A stretch of DNA of 46,478 nucleotides from Phoronis australis (lineage: Eukaryota > Animalia > Phoronida): NCBI GenBank assembly GCA_002633005.1, contig NMRA01000122.1, positions 227,908 to 274,385 on the forward strand, given 5' to 3'. Below the pieces are notes generated by a model, which was not told where the DNA came from, did no database searches, and saw only the letters and a list, made by a program, of their open reading frames with translations. Within the stretch, counting starts at the first letter, position 1. Each line of letters begins with the position of its first letter. A program made the translations under genes and the position numbers. Of this stretch, positions 1 to 11,100 are shown piece after piece.

Positions 1-342
1 CTAAAGCGCCACTGTGATGCAAACTTGGGTTTGCATCTCCATTGTTTTGGAGGTGCGCCCGAGGATGTACTCCGGTGGACGGGGTTCTTTAGAAACTGCC
101 ACTTCGGTTTCGCCGGTCACGTGCGGCAGTTTCTACAGTTCCAAAACAAGGGGCTACAAGATGTTCCGATGAATCGACTCCTCCTGGAGTCCGATTCACC
201 GCACCTCGCCATTGGGCAAGCCCCAATGGCGCCCCAATACCTGGGCGAAGTAGCTATGGAGGTGGCGCAGCGTTCTCGTCGTGCGCTGCGTGACATCCTG
301 GCTGCTTCCACCAGGAATGCCAGGCGGCTTTACCATCTCTAA
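1..342 (+). CDS. TatD-family metal-dependent nuclease, C-terminal part (5'-truncated by window)
   Basis: Frame 1 is open from base 1 (LKRHCDANLGLHLHCFGG...) to TAA at 340-342. It has TatD hallmarks HCF, GFAG, P-x-NRLLLESDSPHL, P-x-YLGEVA and the terminal N-A-R-R-L-Y. No introns in this span, and GC is higher than in host exons. Confidence 0.85.
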   Translation, partial: LKRHCDANLGLHLHCFGGAPEDVLRWTGFFRNCHFGFAGHVRQFLQFQNKGLQDVPMNRLLLESDSPHLAIGQAPMAPQYLGEVAMEVAQRSRRALRDILAASTRNARRLYHL

Positions 343-1213
343 CAAATTTTTAGAGGTGGTTCAGCATCCTGGTGTGCCTGGGTCATAACTTATGCCCCGG
401 GTTTTCTCCTAGTCCCTTGGGTAATTGCCTGTTATTATAAACTCTGAGGCTGACTACGGTCTCTGGGTTTGTGCCCTACCCTTGGTCCTAGGAGAAGTGT
501 AATGTCCATATTAAGTAGTATAAGTAGTTAAGTAGCGTACTGGTCCATTATTTTTATATAGTAGTGTTTATTTGTTAAAACTATATAGTATATTTTTGTT
601 ATAAGTTTTCATACTATATATATAGTCTATTATATATTCAAGACTATACTTCCTATAGTATTATGTATTAGTTGTCACTATATAGTTTATTTTTGTATAT
701 TTAGTTAAGTTTCCTATTAGTCTATGTATGTTATTAAAGACTATATCATTTTATATCTCTGTGCATCACTACTAAAGTAATGAATACTCATTTTATGGCC
801 AGTATGCTTTTGTTGTTCAGTTTTTTTAGTTTTTAAAAAGAAAAAGAAAATGTATATATTCTCTCGCCAGGTCATCACCAACAATCAGACTGTTGTCATA
901 GCATAGTCCAGGAATTTTATGCTCCCTGGTACTGGTATTAGTGGAGCATATTTTCTTTTTTTTCTTTTTTAGTCATGTTCGACTACAATAATGGATATAG
1001 GCTATGACTGTATGTCTAATTAGTATGTGTTTTTTTTGGTAGGGGGGGAGAATAGTTAGATAAAATTTTAAACAGTAATTCTTACTTCATAAGGTCATTC
1101 CTAATCATGTTACTTATAGGGTTTAGAGTCTTGTCATCTTAGGTCAAGGGTTTATGTTTAGGTGTTGGGAGTGACGTTCGCCATTTCCTATAAGGGCTCC
1201 ACTCCTTTTCTTT

Positions 1214-1227
1214 AGGGAAGGGAGGAA
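1214..1227 (+). other. Polypurine tract (PPT)
   Basis: AGGGAAGGGAGGAA, 14 purines, directly abutting TGT at 1228. Confidence 0.65.
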
Positions 1228-1528
1228 TGTAGTAAATGTCGACGTCAGTCTCGGCTGTGGCGTCTCTATGTTGTGATGGCCTTTTCGTGACAATGTTGGT
1301 CTTGGCCTGGTGCGACATCTAACGCCAGAAGAGCCCAGCCGAGGTCACACTCCTACCACGTGACGAGTCACCTATCAAGACCACGTGACAAGATCGTCTG
1401 GGCCTTCTGGAGTTCGCTGCCGTCCTGTGCGGACGTAATGTGAGTATCCTCCAGACTTTGCTCTTGCACCGTGTTAATAGGCCCGAACCTGTGTGTCTGT
1501 TTAGCCGACCCCTCTTCACTCTATTACA
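1228..1528 (+). repeat. Putative 3' LTR (301 bp)
   Basis: Starts TGTAGTA and ends TATTACA (6/7 inverted match). GC/CpG-rich relative to the flanks, with two CACGTG boxes (1357, 1382) and a GACGTCA (1241). Only one copy is visible. Confidence 0.62.
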
Positions 1529-2040
1529 ACAGTTTTTAAACTTCGCGGCAGATACCTGGGAAATATAGAGCAACTCGGGTGATTCCGACCGTTATTTGGT
1601 TGTTGCCAAATCAAGTTCAAAAGAACATTCATTGAGAAAAGTGCTCCCGATGACTTGTAAACATGTCGCATGAACAAGGGAATGCAGAATTGGTCTTTGA
1701 CGCATTTTATTGACCAATACTTTCGGCTTTTTGCAAATTTCCGGATGTGCCGAAGAAAGTTTCGGACCTCGGAATAACACGTCATAATACGTCAGAAAGC
1801 AGCGGTGTTTCTACTAATTCTTGAACGACGAAATTACCAACCTTAGTGGTGGAAAAACATTTATTTTTCATGTAAGGTGTCCTTAATATCAAATTACGGC
1901 AACACCCACGGCAATATGCCTGATTGCACTGAGACACTGGTCGGTTCCACTGTTAGCGCTGGAAAGCGGTCCCGGCAGACGATCGTCGTGACTTGGAAAA
2001 ATGCGTCTCGTTTTTATCGCGAAAGACAGCAAATGTGAAA

Positions 2041-2104
2041 ATGACATCCATCCGAATTAATCGCCAAACTACGGACATGCCTCTGCGCGCTTTCGCAGAA
2101 TACG
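2041..2104 (+). CDS. Coiled-coil gene, candidate exon 1 (MTSIRINRQTTDMPLRAFAEY)
   Basis: ATG in AAAATG context within a CpG-rich stretch. The phase-1 donor GTAGAA (weak) fits the phase-1 acceptor at 5560. Confidence 0.45.
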
Positions 2105-5100
2105 GTAGAAACCCGCACCGTCGGAAATCATTTCGAGGCCTTTTACTTCATGGAAAACTAATTGACTACGTACCGGTAAACAGCATAAGTCCCGCATTTT
2201 GTGTTGTGAAATTTGAAGTGAATTGTTTCCGAGTATCAATATGTCATTCAGCGAGTAGGGCAACGTTTCACGAATTTCTTCGGACAGGATGTTTTTTCAA
2301 ACGTCAAGTTGAAAAGTTTGGCCTGCGAACAAATGGAAGGAATTCTACTCTGAGTTATCAATCTTTGGATCTTTAACGACTTTGATGACAGTCACATAGC
2401 AAGTCAGTCCTAGAAAAGTCGTGGATACTTTTTCAACGAGTATTTTCTTCTTTTTCACGTTGCACACTTAGCTAATCGAATGCATGAGTCGGTTAGAGAG
2501 CACTGATTTAATTTTCACGTCGGCAACTGCCTTTCGCTCCAGGGTCTTTCACTGGATGGCGCCAGTGAAGAATAGTAACGCGGTGCATGCATGATATGCT
2601 TGTAAGAACTCAGTTTTGCAACATGAAATTTGTGAGTATTTAACGTCGCAAGAACATAATATAGGCATTTTCTGATGACGTAAAAGCCAATTTTGGTTCG
2701 TAAAAATGGCGGAAAATTTTCGCGACCTGGAATTTATGAATGCGAGCTGAATTTTGAAAATGCGACCTAGGATTTTGGCTTGGTCGCAAAATGCGACCTG
2801 GCGATTTTCAAAGCGTCGAGCCCTGTATAGGCATAGCTCTAGTTTCGAACCCGGTACATCTTGCTTCAGTGCCAGGCGTCTTAACCACTCGACCAAAATC
2901 AAAGAACAATTGCCCGTAGGTGAGTGATTAAGATAGGCCTTTATATTACTACTACACTCACTGCAGATTTACCACACTGAAAATATGCCAACCACGGTTT
3001 AGCAAGGCAAAGCACCCACACGCGGGCACAGCCACAGGTGTCCTCAGGCAGTGACCACCATCTCTAGATTAGCCAGTTGACAATGACTGTCGTCTCTATG
3101 GGCGCTTTTTCTTCAAGCAGTCTTTTGATCAGTTCCCAAAATCAGAAACTGGCCATTTTTAAAAGTGCGCGAGGCAGGTAATATGACGTCAAATCCCCTG
3201 GCGTGCACAGTGTAAAAAAATGGCCAGTGAGTTTCCGATTATGGGACCTGAACAAAGGGCTGCTCAAAGAAAAAGTTTGATAATGAGAGTATTTGTTCGA
3301 GTTGGAAGAAATTAAAGACATCGACAACCTATAAAAATGTGCCTTTGATTTTTTAATCAGTGAGGCATAATTCGCCAAAAAGCTTCGGGCATATGAAGCT
3401 CCTGTAGCAGCTACACCATCTCTACTGAGCCAGCTAGAGATGGTGGTCACTGTCTAAGGCATCCTTAGCTTCTAATCGTCCCCAATACACTGTAATATAA
3501 CTGCAAGGTATGACACTCGGGACTAGGAATTCCAAGGGTGATTCCCTATCAAACTTAAATCTCAATAAATTTACAGAAAACAGGGATTCAACTAGACAGT
3601 GACCATCATCTCTAGTTGGCTCAGTAAAGATAGGACTAGACAGTGATCACCATCTCTAGTTGGCTCAGTAAAGATAGGACTAGACAGTGACCACCATCTC
3701 TAGTTGGCTCAGTAAAGATAGGACTAGACAGTGACCACCATCTCTAGTTGGCTCAGTAAAGATAGGACTAGACAGTGANNNNNNNNNNNNNNNNNNNNNN
3801 NNNNNNNNNNNNNNNNNNNNNNNNNNNNNNNNNNNNNNNNNNNNNNNNNNNNNNNNNNNNNNNNNNNNNNNNNNNNNNNNNNNNNNNNNNNNNNNNNNNN
3901 NNNNNNNNNNNNNNNNNNNNNNNNNNNNNNNNNNNNNNNNNNNNNNNNNNNNNNNNNNNNNNNNNNNNNNNNNNNNNNNNNNNNNNNNNNNNNNNNNNNN
4001 NNGTGTGCACTGTGTGTTGTTTAACAGGTATATCCCCTAGTGTGCACTGTGTGTTGTTTAACAGGTATATCCCCTAGTGTGCACTGTGTGTTGTTTAACA
4101 GGTATATCCCCTAGTGTGCACTGTGTGTTGTTTAACAGGTATATCCCCTAGTGTGCACTGTGTGTTGTTTAACAGGTATATCCCCTAGTGTGCACTGTGT
4201 GTTGTTTAACAGGTATATCCCCTAGTGTGCACTGTGTGTTGTTTAACAGGTATATCCCCTAGTGTGCACTGTGTGTTGTTTAACAGGTATATCCCCTAGT
4301 GTGCACTGTGTGTTGTTTAACAGGTATATCCCCTAGTGTGCACTGTGTGTTGTTTAACAGGTATATCCCCTAGTGTGCACTGTGTGTTGTTTAACAGGTA
4401 TATCCCCTAGTGTGCACTGTGTGTTGTTTAACAGGTATATCCCCTAGTGTGCACTGTGTGTTGTTTAACAGGTATATCCCCTAGTGTGCACTGTGTGTTG
4501 TTTAACAGGTATATCCCCTAGTGTGCACTGTGTGTTGTTTAACAGGTATATCCCCTAGTGTGCACTGTGTGTTGTTTAACAGGTATATCCCCTAGTGTGC
4601 ACTGTGTGTTGTTTAACAGGTATATCCCCTAGTGTGCACTGTGTGTTGTTTAACAGGTATATCCCCTAGTGTGCACTGTGTGTTGTTTAACAGGTATATC
4701 CCCTAGTGTGCACTGTGTGTTGTTTAACAGGTATATCCCCTAGTGTGCACTGTGTGTTGTTTAACAGGTATATCCCCTAGTGTGCACTGTGTGTTGTTTA
4801 ACAGGTATATCCCCTAGTGTGCACTGTGTGTTGTTTAACAGGTATACACTTGACTTGAGATCTGTTGTTGCGCTCATCACATATTTCAGGTTTCGTTGGT
4901 GAATTGAAACTAAAACATTTTAAAAATCTTATTAAAAATGTGACCATTTGTAATGAAAGTAGACATTTACTTAAAACGTGTCTTTTGAAAAAGCCTTTTG
5001 CATGTTGACTTTATATACAGATACAAGTCAGTGATATTAGCACTCTCTAACGTAATTAGTTTGAAAAGCCCCTGCTACCACACCATGGCCATATGGGCTT

Positions 5101-8100
5101 TTTCATGATGTATTCTAAAACAACTAAATGTACAAAGTAGGGGCCTATTGGCGAGAGTGACAACATTACGAAAAGACCAATGTGTGAAATTTTTCAAACT
5201 ATCCATTAATTTTCGGTAACTTCAGAATATCAGAACCAAATGTTGATCTCAATGAGTGCCATTTGCCCTGCAGGGTACTAGTGCCGCAGATGTAATAATT
5301 AAGAAGTTTCAGCACTGATCAGTGAAAGCGCCTATAATCTTGCTTGCTGTATCATAAAAACTACCTTTTCATTGGACAATTCATGAATAGAAATGTGAAA
5401 TTGGTCTCAAATTGCTCCATAGTCCATAGTCAAGTTAAAGGGGATTTCTGTGTTTGGAAATCACCTACGTACTGGTCAGTATTGGTTGAGACCGAATTCA
5501 GCAAATTGTCTTGTCAAAGTTGTCATGGTACGTCATTTTATTCATTGAACATGGTCTCAGTGAATGATGAAGTGACATATCTTTCCAAACCCAGAAGCAG
5601 CTCATCATATGAGGTAAGAACACACTGAGACTTGCTTTCTTATGGTAAGTGGTATAAACCAAAACTTATTTGTTGGAAAACGTTTTTAGCCACTTTAAGG
5701 TTCTGCTGTGCTACCAGCTGCAAACTTAGTAACTCGGTAGTACTCTGTTGGTCTTTTCTGATCTCATGATAGTTGACAATCACTAAGAATTTATACTATG
5801 GATTGTTTTCCTTTCAGCAACGTCTTTCATCGGCCAAGTACACTGCAGTATCCAGTCTGTCCCCTCCCAGTGTTTACAACCGAGCTCCAGTCACTTCACT
5901 TTCCACGCGTAGGGTCACTTTTGACCAGTCGCCAAATGAGTACAATGCAAGCAAACCCAGTGTAACTGGGCTGGTTAATGGACAGACACTCACACGGGGC
6001 GTGTATGATCGGCCAATCAACAGTCAGCCAGACATGTCTGGTGATCGCCAGTCACAACCCTCACTTGACAATTCATCTGCCGTGTCTTTGTTCTTGCATG
6101 AACAGCTTAATCAACAAAATAAGGTAAATATTCATATATTTATTGTAAGACAGGTAAATATTCATATATTTATTGTAAGAGAGGAGGCAGTGTGGCCTGG
6201 TTGATAAGTGCCCGCTTTCTTTACTCGAGGTCGTGGGTTCAAGTCCCACCAGGTTACACTGCTAAACCCTTGAGCCAGGTTTCTAGCTCCTCAGCTCGGT
6301 TTTAACCATATATTAATAAAGCATAAAAATATTTCCAGGTGATCAGTGCAATAGGCCCACATGCGAGGCCTGCTCACGTCTGGTACAATGTGTATCAGAC
6401 CGCCTGCAATTATTTTTCTTTTTATTTATTGTAATGGAGTTTAATGTAGTTACCAAAAAAGTTGACCTTGTAATGGTTTTTANNNNNNNNNNNNNNNNNN
6501 NNNNNNNNNNNNNNNNNNNNNNNNNNNNNNNNNNNNNNNNNNNNNNNNNNNNNNNNNNNNNNNNNNNNNNNNNNNNNNNNNNNNNNNNNNNNNNNNNNNN
6601 NNNNNNNNNNNNNNNNNNNNNNNNNNNNNNNNNNNNNNNNNNNNNNNNNNNNNNNNNNNNNNNNNNNNNNNNNNNNNNNNNNNNNNNNNNNNNNNNNNNN
6701 NNNNNNNNNNNNNNNNNNNNNNNNNNNNNNNNNNNNNNNNNNNNNNNNNNNNNNNNNNNNNNNNNNNNNNNNNNNNNNNNNNNNNNNNNNNNNNNNNNNN
6801 NNNNNNNNNNNNNNNNNNNNNNNNNNNNNNNNNNNNNNNNNNNNNNNNNNNNNNNNNNNNNNNNNNNNNNNNNNNNNNNNNNNNNNNNNNNNNNNNNNNN
6901 NNNNNNNNNNNNNNNNNNNNNNNNNNNNNNNNNNNNTTCAGGTGTATACTTTGTGTTACTTCGTGACTGTGAAGGAAAAGTTCCAAGTAGAAATTTGTTT
7001 CTGGCATTCTAATGCTGTGCTAATCTCGTATGTTGGTAAATTTGTTTTTAATTCTATGTTTCTGTGGTGCTTTAAGCAACTGGTGTATAGGATGTGCTTG
7101 TATTATGAAGATTACTCACATTTTGCCCCTAGCCTATTGAGGAGACAATGACCATGCCTTTCCATTTTGCTAAGTACAACATACTACATATATGCCCTCT
7201 ACTGGCCACTTTATGGCACCAATAAACAACCCTAGAAGGATACCGTATACGGTGCAATTCTGGGCGCGTTTCAACGCTCTGCGTTGCTCTTGTAAAGGTT
7301 ACTTTTGCCCCTTGTAGCTTTGTTGTTTGTGTTGTGCCTCTGTGCAGTAACAACACTTTTTATTCTTCTTCTTGGGGATTTTGGTTCTCTGTGAAGTGGT
7401 GAATTCATTCATGAGAATTTTACATTCTACTCCTCTGCATGACATGGTGATAGAATATTTCAGTAGCTCTCCACTATTTTTCCAGAAAAATAATTGCCAA
7501 AATGTTCATCTTTGGAATGCTGATTACTTTTTTTGCAAATAATGTGGATTTCAGGAATTGTTACTGTACAAATCCTTCGCACCGATGCATGCCTGTAATA
7601 GACTTGAGTGTTCACTTTTGTGGAGAATATGGAATTTCACTTATCGACGATATCATGTGTTAAATTGGTGAAGAATCAGTGTATTGTGTGCTGCAGATCA
7701 TTGACCAGTTGAAGCAAGAGGTCAAGAGACTTTCCACTGAACATGACCAGGATAAGCAGGAACTCCAGGCATTGAGAGGTAATGACACAAGTTTTTCATC
7801 ACCTCACCATGCAACATAATCTTAAGCTTGAAAATAACTATTGTACAACTATGAGTGCAACTGCCATCTTTTTTGACAGTTTTCATTTATTTAGTCAACA
7901 TATGTTAGTGTATACTATAAATAGGTAAATAAAACAACAAGAATGGATCAACTGAAATTTTTGGTTATAATAACGTCCTTTGTCAACAGAAACAGAAATA
8001 AAGTAAAATCAAACACTACTTGACAACTGACATAACGCCACATCTTAAATGTCAGTTGTCATATAGTGTTTGATTTTACTTTATTTCTGTTTCTGTTGAC

Positions 8101-11100
8101 GAAGGACGTTATTATATACGAAAATTTCAGTAGATCCATTCTTGTTGTTTTACTTACCTATTTATATTCTACATTTCGGGAAACAATAGTATCCTTGGGA
8201 GGATCTGGATTGCCTTTTTTATTTTCAGATTTATTTTCTACGTTATTTAGTGTAAACTGAAATGTACAAAGCCAAAACCTGCAAACCTCCATAGTGTGTA
8301 CATCAAGTTTTCAATTAAATCCTTAAGGAAGTGAAAGAAGCATGTCAGTGCCACAGTTAGGTGAAAAATAATGTGACAGATCTGATCTGTTCATCATGAC
8401 AGTGCCACAGTTTGGTAAACAATAATGTGATAGATCTGACCAGTTTAACATGTTTTATACTTTTTGGTTTGAAGTGTAAAAACCAGTTGGCATAAGCGAA
8501 CTATTGGATGATATGCGAAGCCAAAGAATCAAAAATAAATACATGGACAAAAGTTAAGTTGTGTTAGTAACAAAGCTCAGAGGCATGCGGAGATAATTTG
8601 TGTACTAGACATTATGCAACTGTCACGGAAGTAACTTATCAATGAGTTAGCACTTTGCACACTTTTCACAAATTTGCCAAGTAGTCTATTACTGCCTTGG
8701 CAGCGTTTCATCTAACTTCGTGGTCAATAATAAAATGTCTGCTACATTTGTCAAAGGACACTTTCTCTAGAAGATATATGCTACAATTAATGTCTTTATA
8801 GCTGAGTTGTCCCAGGTTCACAACAGAGTGGTGGAACGTGGTGTGGACTTCCAGACAGAACGTAAGATGGAACAGTGGCGGCGTGATCTGTCGTCGGAGT
8901 TACAGCTGATGCAAAGTCAGATGCAGTCTTATCGCGGAGCTACTGACAACCACCAGTACTCAAATACACAGTTACAGTCTGCTCTGAGGGAGCTTCAGGA
9001 CGTGTGAGTTGTGAACAGTGTAATACAGTAGTCTGGGTTACAGTGTAATGCAGTAGTCTGGGTTACAGTGCAATACAGTAGTCTGGGTTACAGTGTAATG
9101 CTATAGTCTAGGTTACAGTGTGATACTGTAGTCTGGGTTATAGTGTAATACAGTAGTCTGGGTTACAGTGTAATACTATAGTTTGGGTTACAGTGTAATA
9201 CTGGGTTACAGTGTAATACAGTAGTCTGGGTTACAGTGTGATACTGTAGTCTGGGTTATTGTGTAATACAGTAGTCTGGGTTACAGTGTAATACTATAGT
9301 CTGGGTTACAGTGTGATACTGTAGTCTGGGTTATAGTGTAATACAGTAGTCTGGGTTTCAGTGTAATGCAGAAGTCTGGGTTACAGACTGTGAGTCTCTC
9401 CTGAATCATGGGATTGAATCCTTTGTTGGTTGATTATTGTACTCTCTGACCTCTTGGTGCTTGAGTGTGTGAGGGGGGTAATTGTGGTGGAATGTGTCGA
9501 GGGTCCTCGAAGCTGATGAGGCTGCCTCAATGAAAATATTTCAAAATTCACGTTACGTAGCATAAACAAAATTGTTCTTGAGAGTGACTAATGATTCTGA
9601 AATCGTGTGCTCAAATATGTTGTCAAACTTGTCAAAGAGAAAAGTTATATTGATCATATTTAGAACTCACCTGGTTATTGTTTTACACTAGTTAATGACA
9701 TGACACTGCTCTCTATCAACATCTTTGATGCAAATTCCTTTAAATCTATGGAATGGGTCATCAGCCAATCCTGTTGTATGTTTGACTATTCTGTTAAGAA
9801 GGGATGCTGCTGCTAAATAGTTGTGATTTCACAACACAATGACTGTATGTGTTTATTAATTTACAGCTCCTTCTGATGTGTAAATGGTTGTTATGAGTCT
9901 TAGTCCTTGAAATCTGATCATGAAGCAAACCAGTATGAATACAACATCGAACTATGAATGCAACATCCAACCAGGAGTGCAGCATCCAACCTGGAGTGCA
10001 AGTGCATAGTTAAAATTAAAATTAATATAGCTGCTATTTAACACTAAAAATCTGCTGTATTTTATTGCAACAGCTTATGAAATAACCTGTTATGGGTTGT
10101 TTTTATTAGGAAAAGATTTGTGATGGATGAAAGTCAGTCTGTGAGACGAGAAGTAGACAGCATCAAGACAAGACTAGGTATTGTACTACTCAGTTGTTTC
10201 TTGACCTTGCTATCTCCTTACTGTGACCCATGGTATGTTCTATGACACAAGGCACTTACAAGACAATTGCAGTGAGAAATCTTGGCGTTTGGAACAAAAA
10301 TAATTAATTTATTTTTTCTCATATGAGTCCTTTCAGTCTCACAGCTCAATCATTTCAATGGTGGCCATTTTGCCAGTGTATACGGGATGAGCTTTCTTCT
10401 CAAGCACTTGCCTTTCACTGGATATCACCTTTCTTGTGCGATCTCATTTAACTCCACAGTTCCTTGCTCTGGAATGTACACCCATCTATTTTCGACAATC
10501 CATAGAAAGGTGAATGGTTGGTGAATTTTAAGTTTCCAATTACAATACCAACCGGTACGTAACATTATCCATGCGTTGCATTTTGTTAGTTTACTTAGCA
10601 CAGCATCATACAGTCTACACTTCAGTATTAGTCACTTCATAATGAAACACTTTCAACCCAATTACCGTTTGTCATCAGATTTAAATTTTGTGATGCATGT
10701 TTTTTCTTTTTCTTTTTCAGTAAAATATGAAATGGATTTGACTTCCCTGAGAACAGACACGAGTGAGATAAGTCGAAGGGTTGACCGGATGGATAGGGTA
10801 ATTGTTGCTGGTTTAAAACTAGTTGTTCCCTCAGTATACTTACAATGGGGTTATGTCCAGTGGATGGGGTTATTATAACTACTTGTTTATGACACCAGGA
10901 TTTTCTTACATATTTCATGATCAGGGGGAGAACTTGTAAGCAGTATAAAATGAACAAAAATACAAATGTGCTAAACATTCTTCAAATAATTGCAAATATT
11001 TCCTTATTTCCATTTTTCACAGGCTTACCATGTGGTTGTTCAAAATTTTACCAAATGCTGCTTGGTAACAGATAGACTATATAAACCATCCTAAAAACAA

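Larger units (their letters stand above)
1..1528 (+). mobile_element. 3' end of a putative LTR retrotransposon carrying a TatD ORF
   Basis: Order is ORF, AT-rich noncoding tail, polypurine tract (1214-1227), then a TG...CA segment (1228-1528). gag/pol and the 5' LTR would lie outside the window and cannot be seen. Confidence 0.6.

Noticed and set aside
1-342. Bacterial contamination or HGT origin for the TatD ORF
   Set aside because: No operon context, and it is contiguous with PPT/LTR-like and eukaryotic sequence. The origin cannot be judged without a phylogeny.
1993-2376. 127-aa single-exon ORF
   Set aside because: No family resemblance; only 2041-2104 is tentatively used as a first exon.
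4003-4846. CRISPR-like array of 37-bp repeats
   Set aside because: Units are head-to-tail with no unique spacers, there are no cas genes, and the context is a eukaryotic intron.
6183-6260. tRNA gene (also 2833-2895 and 11315-11384)
   Set aside because: A/B boxes are present, but the acceptor and anticodon stems do not pair; better explained as SINE heads.
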